A DNA stretch of 64,000 nt from Escherichia coli. GTDB taxonomy: Bacteria > Pseudomonadota > Gammaproteobacteria > Enterobacterales > Enterobacteriaceae. The notes below the pieces were generated by a model. It made no database searches and was not told the origin of the DNA. It worked only from the letters and a program-made list of their open reading frames with translations. Positions 56,607-64,000 of this stretch are shown here, in pieces. The stretch lies in the NCBI RefSeq assembly GCF_044324785.1, contig NZ_CP172127.1; one strand, given 5' to 3'. Both the position numbers and the translations under genes were made by a program. The first letter of the stretch is position 1. The number at the start of each line of letters is the position of its first letter.

Positions 56607-57869
56607 TTAAAACTCTTTTCGCAGCCAACTATTGAGTCGCTTGATCCACGAGCCAACTGATGCTGTAACACGTTTTTCTACTTCAGCTTCACCGTTAAGA
56701 TGTGACTCTTTCCCATAGTGAAGCAATCCCACCGCCGTCGAATAATACGGCTCCTGAGCATAATCCGTTAAACCGGTAATGTTCAGCGGCGCGCCGATAC
56801 GCACTTGCGTATGAAACACGCGCTGAGCACAGGCTGCAAGACCTTCGATCTGCGCTGCGCCACCAGTTAAAACAATGCCTGCCGCCAGGTGATGTTTAAC
56901 CCCTTGTTGGCGAAGCTTTTCCTGCAACTGCAATATCTCTTCGTTGACCAGGTTGAGCAGCTCGGTATAGCGCGGCTCGATCACCTCTGCCAGGGTCTGA
57001 CGTTGCAGACTCCGCGGCGGACGACCACCTACGCTCGGCACTTCCACGCTCTCATCTTTTCCAACGATGGAACCCAGCGCACAACCGTGGCGAACTTTAA
57101 TCGCTTCGGCGTCGCTTGGCGGCGTGCCAAAGGCGTAAGCGATATCACTGGTCACGACATTGCCAGCATAAGGAATTACCTTAGTGTGGCGCAATGCCCC
57201 ACCGGTATAAACGGCGATATCCATTGTACCACCACCGATATCGACGACGCAGACACCCAGTTCACGTTCATCTTCCGTCAATACCGAATAACTTGATGCC
57301 AGTCCGGCAAATATCAGTTGGTCAACTTTCAGCCCACAACGTTCAACCGCTTTGACGATGTTTTTCGCCATATCGTTGTGACATGTGATCAGGTGCACTT
57401 TTGCCTGCATCCTCACGCCCGAAAGTCCTACCGGATTCTTGATCCCTTCCTGATAGTCAATCGCATACTCTTGCGGGATCACATGCAGCACACGATGCTC
57501 ATCGCGCACACGCACCGATTTCGCGGTATGGACGACGTTTTCCACATCTTCTTGCGTCACTTCTTCTTCAGAAATAGGCACCATACCAATTTCATTCTGG
57601 CAGCTGATGTGCTTACCAGAAAGCGCCAGATATACCGAAGAGATCTGACAATCTGCCATCAATTCTGCCTGGTCAATGGCGCGTTGTACGCACTTGACCA
57701 CGGATTCGAGGTCGTTCACCCCGCCTTTATCCATACCACGTGACGGGCAGCTGCCCACGCCAATGATATTGACCATACCGTCGGGCAGAACTTCCCCTAC
57801 TAAAGCGGCAACCTTCGCGGTACCAATCTCCAGTCCTACTACCAGTTTTCTGTCCGTCGCCTTGATCAT
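56607..57869 (-). CDS. ftsA: cell division protein FtsA (actin-like ATPase)
   Basis: [53 protein letters not shown]... 420 aa. Confidence 0.97.
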   Translation of the reverse strand: MIKATDRKLVVGLEIGTAKVAALVGEVLPDGMVNIIGVGSCPSRGMDKGGVNDLESVVKCVQRAIDQAELMADCQISSVYLALSGKHISCQNEIGMVPISEEEVTQEDVENVVHTAKSVRVRDEHRVLHVIPQEYAIDYQEGIKNPVGLSGVRMQAKVHLITCHNDMAKNIVKAVERCGLKVDQLIFAGLASSYSVLTEDERELGVCVVDIGGGTMDIAVYTGGALRHTKVIPYAGNVVTSDIAYAFGTPPSDAEAIKVRHGCALGSIVGKDESVEVPSVGGRPPRSLQRQTLAEVIEPRYTELLNLVNEEILQLQEKLRQQGVKHHLAAGIVLTGGAAQIEGLAACAQRVFHTQVRIGAPLNITGLTDYAQEPYYSTAVGLLHYGKESHLNGEAEVEKRVTASVGSWIKRLNSWLRKEF

Positions 57870-58696
57870 TGTTGTTCTGCCTGTGCCTGATTTTGTTGCT
57901 GAGTAGATTCCTCTGGCGGCAAGGGCGCCCAGCCTACTGCCGCTCCAGAGTCATAACGCAAATCAACGTAGCTAATCCGTTTGCCATCGGTTTGCGCCTG
58001 CTGCTGTAAAACCGGATAAAGTTCTACAAAGCGAGCCAAACGTTTCATCGTATCGCCCCGGCCAAGATTGAGCTTAATATCGTTATTCAGCGTCAACTGC
58101 CAGGAACGCCGCGCGGTCATCGCCGCTTCCTTCAGAGTAAATCTGTCCTTTGCCAGCATCTGCCCCATTTCGCGATAGCCCTGCAACACTTCATTAGCGC
58201 TGCCTTCCGGGCCATACAGCATTGGAAGCACCTGCTTGCTGGTGCGATCTGGCGGCACGCTGAAGGTGTTTCCTTCCGCGTCTACCATGTGTTGATCATT
58301 CCACCGCGCAATCGGCACATATTCAACCAGATGAATCTTCAATTCATCAGGCCACTGCTTTCTGACGCTCACCTGCTTAATCCACGGCAGGCGTTGTTCT
58401 ATTTGCGTCTGGATGATGTTGACATCCTGGGTCATAAAGGTACCCGGCTCACCCAATGCCAGGATCGACTGCCGGATATCGTCATTACGCGTGTAATGGC
58501 GTTCACCGGTCAACACCAGCTTTGAGAGCGGCAGGCGTTGCGCATCTTCCATCCAGCCCAACACGACCCAGCCGCTCACCAACACTGTCGTTAAAACGGT
58601 CAGCAGGAAAAGGATCCCCGCCAGACGCGTTCCATTATTGCGGCGAGAAGAAACCTCTTCTTCGCTGTTTCGCGTGTTCAGAGCAGCCTGCGACAT
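57866..58696 (-). CDS. ftsQ: cell division protein FtsQ
   Basis: 276 aa, single TM then POTRA; [32 protein letters not shown]...; start of ftsA overlaps by 4 nt. Confidence 0.95.
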   Translation of the reverse strand: MSQAALNTRNSEEEVSSRRNNGTRLAGILFLLTVLTTVLVSGWVVLGWMEDAQRLPLSKLVLTGERHYTRNDDIRQSILALGEPGTFMTQDVNIIQTQIEQRLPWIKQVSVRKQWPDELKIHLVEYVPIARWNDQHMVDAEGNTFSVPPDRTSKQVLPMLYGPEGSANEVLQGYREMGQMLAKDRFTLKEAAMTARRSWQLTLNNDIKLNLGRGDTMKRLARFVELYPVLQQQAQTDGKRISYVDLRYDSGAAVGWAPLPPEESTQQQNQAQAEQQ

Positions 58697-58697
58697 A

Positions 58698-61086
<2,389 letters not shown>

Positions 61087-61139
61087 TCTTTACGCCATTA
61101 ACTTCTTAAATTCATACGATGCAAAAGGCATCGCTACAA

Positions 61140-62207
61140 TTACGCCCGGGCAGCCCGGCTCACTTCATTTGCCACTCGCTCGGTGGCATCCGGAATGGAT
61201 GCAGCGCGGGCGCGTTCTGCCATGGTTAATAAGGTTTCTCGCGACCACCCGGCCAGGGTGTTGGCGACAGCATCCACGCTAAGCTGTGGCTGCTCGATAA
61301 TTTTGGCTGCGCCCGCTTTTTCCAGCGGTAGAGCATTCCAGTATTGCTGGCGGTCTTTATGTTGAAACGGCACAAACAACGCCGGTAGTCCTGCCGCAGC
61401 GATTTCACTCACCGTTAACGCACCGGAGCGGCAAACGACGACATCCGCCCACGCATACGCCGCCGCCATATCATCAATAAATTCCGTCACTTTATGCTGC
61501 GGTTGCCCCGCTTCGGCATACGCCTGTTCAACGGATTGTTGCGAACCTTTACCGCTCTGATGCCAGATAGTGACTGAATCACCCAGTTTCGCAGCAACCT
61601 GCGGCATTGTCTGGTTAAGAATGCGTGCGCCCTGGGACCCCCCCACTACCAACACACGAACCGGACCTTCACGTCCAGCCAAACGTTGCTGCGGCAACGG
61701 CAGCGCCAGCACATCGGTACGCACCGGGTTACCCACCACTTCCGCATTAGGGAAAGCGCCTGGAAACGCCTGCATCACTTTGGTGGCAATCTTAGCCAGC
61801 CATTTATTGGTTAAGCCCGCAATACCGTTTTGTTCATGAAGCACAACCGGAATGCCTAACGACCACGCGGCCAGACCACCTGGACCTGATACGTAGCCGC
61901 CCATTCCGAGCACCACGTCAGGTTTGTACGCTTTCATAATCGCCCGCGCCTGACGCCAGGCGTTGAAGATTCGCAGTGGCGCAGCTATCAGTGCTTTTAT
62001 ACCTTTTCCACGCAGACCAGAGATACGAATGAAATCAATTTCGATGCCATGTTTTGGCACTAAGTCCGCTTCCATACGGTCGGCAGTCCCCAGCCAGCGA
62101 ACTTGCCAACCCTGAGCCATTAGATGGTGCGCAACCGCCAGTCCCGGGAATACATGTCCACCGGTTCCGCCTGCCATCACCATTAATCGCTTTCCTTGAC
62201 CACTCAT
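61140..62207 (-). CDS. murG: UDP-GlcNAc:undecaprenyl-PP-MurNAc-pentapeptide GlcNAc transferase
   Basis: [41 protein letters not shown]... 355 aa. Confidence 0.97.
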
Positions 62208-63448
62208 CGTGAACCTCGTACAAACGCCTGCGCTTTCTCCAGACGCGTTTCATAATCAATACGCAACAGCATCATGATGGCTGTCGACATAATCAGTAAG
62301 CTCGAACCACCGTAACTGATCAACGGCAATGTCAGACCTTTGGTCGGTAACATCCCCGCGGCCGCGCCTACGTTCACCAGCGCCTGGAAGCTAAACCAGA
62401 TGCCAATGGAACAGGCGAGAAAACCGGAAAAACGATGGTCAATTTCTAATGCTTTACGGCCAATCGACATCGCACGAAAAGCGACGAAGAATACCATTAA
62501 AAGTGCTAGTACCACACCGACATAACCTAATTCTTCGCCGATAATGGCGAAAATAAAGTCAGTGTGCGCTTCCGGCAGATACTCCAGTTTTTGTACGGAG
62601 TTACCTAAGCCTTGCCCCCACAGTTCGCCGCGACCAAACGCCATCAGCGATTGCGTTAACTGATAGCCGCTGCCAAAGGGATCTTCCCACGGGTTCCAGA
62701 ATGCGGTAACACGGCGGATACGGTACGGTTCGGCGAGGATCAGCAACACAACCGCTGAAATGCCCATACCGATAATGGCAATGAACTGCCACAATTTCGC
62801 TCCCGCCAGGAATAACATCGCCAGCGTAGTCACAAACAACACCACCACCGTACCAAGGTCTGGCTGTGCCAGCAGTAACACTGCCAACACCAGAATCACG
62901 CCCATCGGTTTCAGGAAGCCGCGCAGGTTATTACGTACTTCGTCGCCTTTACGCACCAGATAGTTGGCGATATAGCAAAACAACGACAGTTTTGTCAGCT
63001 CCGCAGGCTGGATACGTAGCAAGCCGAGATCGATCCAACGCGATGCCCCTTTAACAGAGCTACCCACTACCAGAACGATCATCAACAGGATGATTGATCC
63101 GAGTAGCATCGTAGCGCTGTAACGTTGCCAGAATTCCATCGGCAGACGCAGCGTAATGATCGCCAGAATGAATGCCAGGATCAGATAGACGCCATCACGC
63201 TTCGCGAAGAAGAACGGATCGTTGGTTAAGCGTTGCCCGATGGGCATTGACGCCGAGGTCACCATGATAAAGCCAATCGCCGCGAGGCCGAAGGTCAGCC
63301 ACAGTAAGGTGCGATCGTACATGATCAGGCTGTCGGTATCTTTTTCCCGCGAGCCCATCACCCAGCCCTTTAGCGCCGTGGAGATCCAGACCAGAATACT
63401 GAATCCTGGCAGGCGCGGCATTTTCAGGCGAGGGAGAGATAAACGCAT
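62204..63448 (-). CDS. ftsW: peptidoglycan glycosyltransferase FtsW (SEDS family)
   Basis: [60 protein letters not shown]... polytopic, 414 aa. Confidence 0.95.
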
Positions 63449-64000
63449 CAACCTAACTCCTTCGCCAGACGGGCAAACTCATTGCCTCGTTGTTCAAAGT
63501 TCTTGAACTGATCAAGGCTGGCACAGGCCGGGGAGAGCAGAACCATATCGCCCGGCTGAACACGCGGAGCCAGCAAGCGCATCGCCTGTTCCATAGTTTC
63601 GGTTTGTTCTGCCACTTCCGGGCGTAGCGCCGCCAGCTGCGCGCCGTCACGACCGAAACAATACAGACGTACGTTATCGCCATTCAGGTAACGCGCTAGT
63701 GGGCTAAAGTCCGCCGATTTACCATCGCCGCCCAGCAACAAATGCAGCGTGCCGTCTACGTGCAGGCCATTCAGCGCCGCTTCCGTACTGCCGACGTTGG
63801 TCGCTTTTGAATCGTTAATCCAACGTACGCCGTTATGCTCCAGCACAACTTCAAAGCGATGCGGCAGACCAGTGAATGTGGTTAATGCTTTCAGGCTGCT
63901 GGCGCGCGGCAAACCAGCTGCGTCTGCCAGTGCCAGTGCTGCGAGCGCATTGGTGTAGTTATGCTGCCCGGAAAGTTTCATTTCTTTCACGTTCAGCACT
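63448..64000 (-). CDS. murD: UDP-N-acetylmuramoylalanine--D-glutamate ligase, C-terminal part (gene continues beyond window end)
   Basis: ...[67 protein letters not shown]... Mur ligase C-terminal domain; stop overlaps ftsW start. Confidence 0.9.

Overview
This window is a reverse-complemented Escherichia coli-type core chromosomal segment running from hrpB (partial, left edge) through ligT-sfsA-dksA-gluQ-pcnB-folK, a yad-type chaperone-usher fimbrial operon, panBC, an rpnC(yadD)-like nuclease locus, panD, yadEIHG, can, hpt, gcd, cueO, yacC, speED, yacL, acnB, yacH, lpd-aceF-aceE-pdhR, aroP, ampED, nadC, ppdD-hofBC, guaC, coaE-zapD-yacG, mutT, secA-secM, lpxC and the 3' half of the dcw cluster (ftsZ-ftsA-ftsQ-ddlB-murC-murG-ftsW, murD partial at the right edge). 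Gene calls rest on reading the translated ORFs against proteins I recognise; starts were corrected where the ORF track over-extends or where a non-ATG start is used (hrpB GTG, panC GTG, acnB GTG, secM GTG, speD TTG, pcnB ATT). I found no rRNA, tRNA, CRISPR array or intact IS element. Most of the window is ordinary, well-characterised core genome, and I do not see a convincing wholly novel system. Two places deviate from the K-12 layout as I remember it and are the best candidates for a second look: (1) the rpnC-like nuclease gene is followed by an extra stand-alone copy of its C-terminal tail domain, made by a ~340-bp tandem duplication, and both copies carry in-frame 12-bp microsatellites; (2) the AT-rich yad fimbrial island has six genes rather than seven and joins folK inside the last folK codons. 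All coordinates come from ORF-track arithmetic and manual reading; no database search or computation was run.
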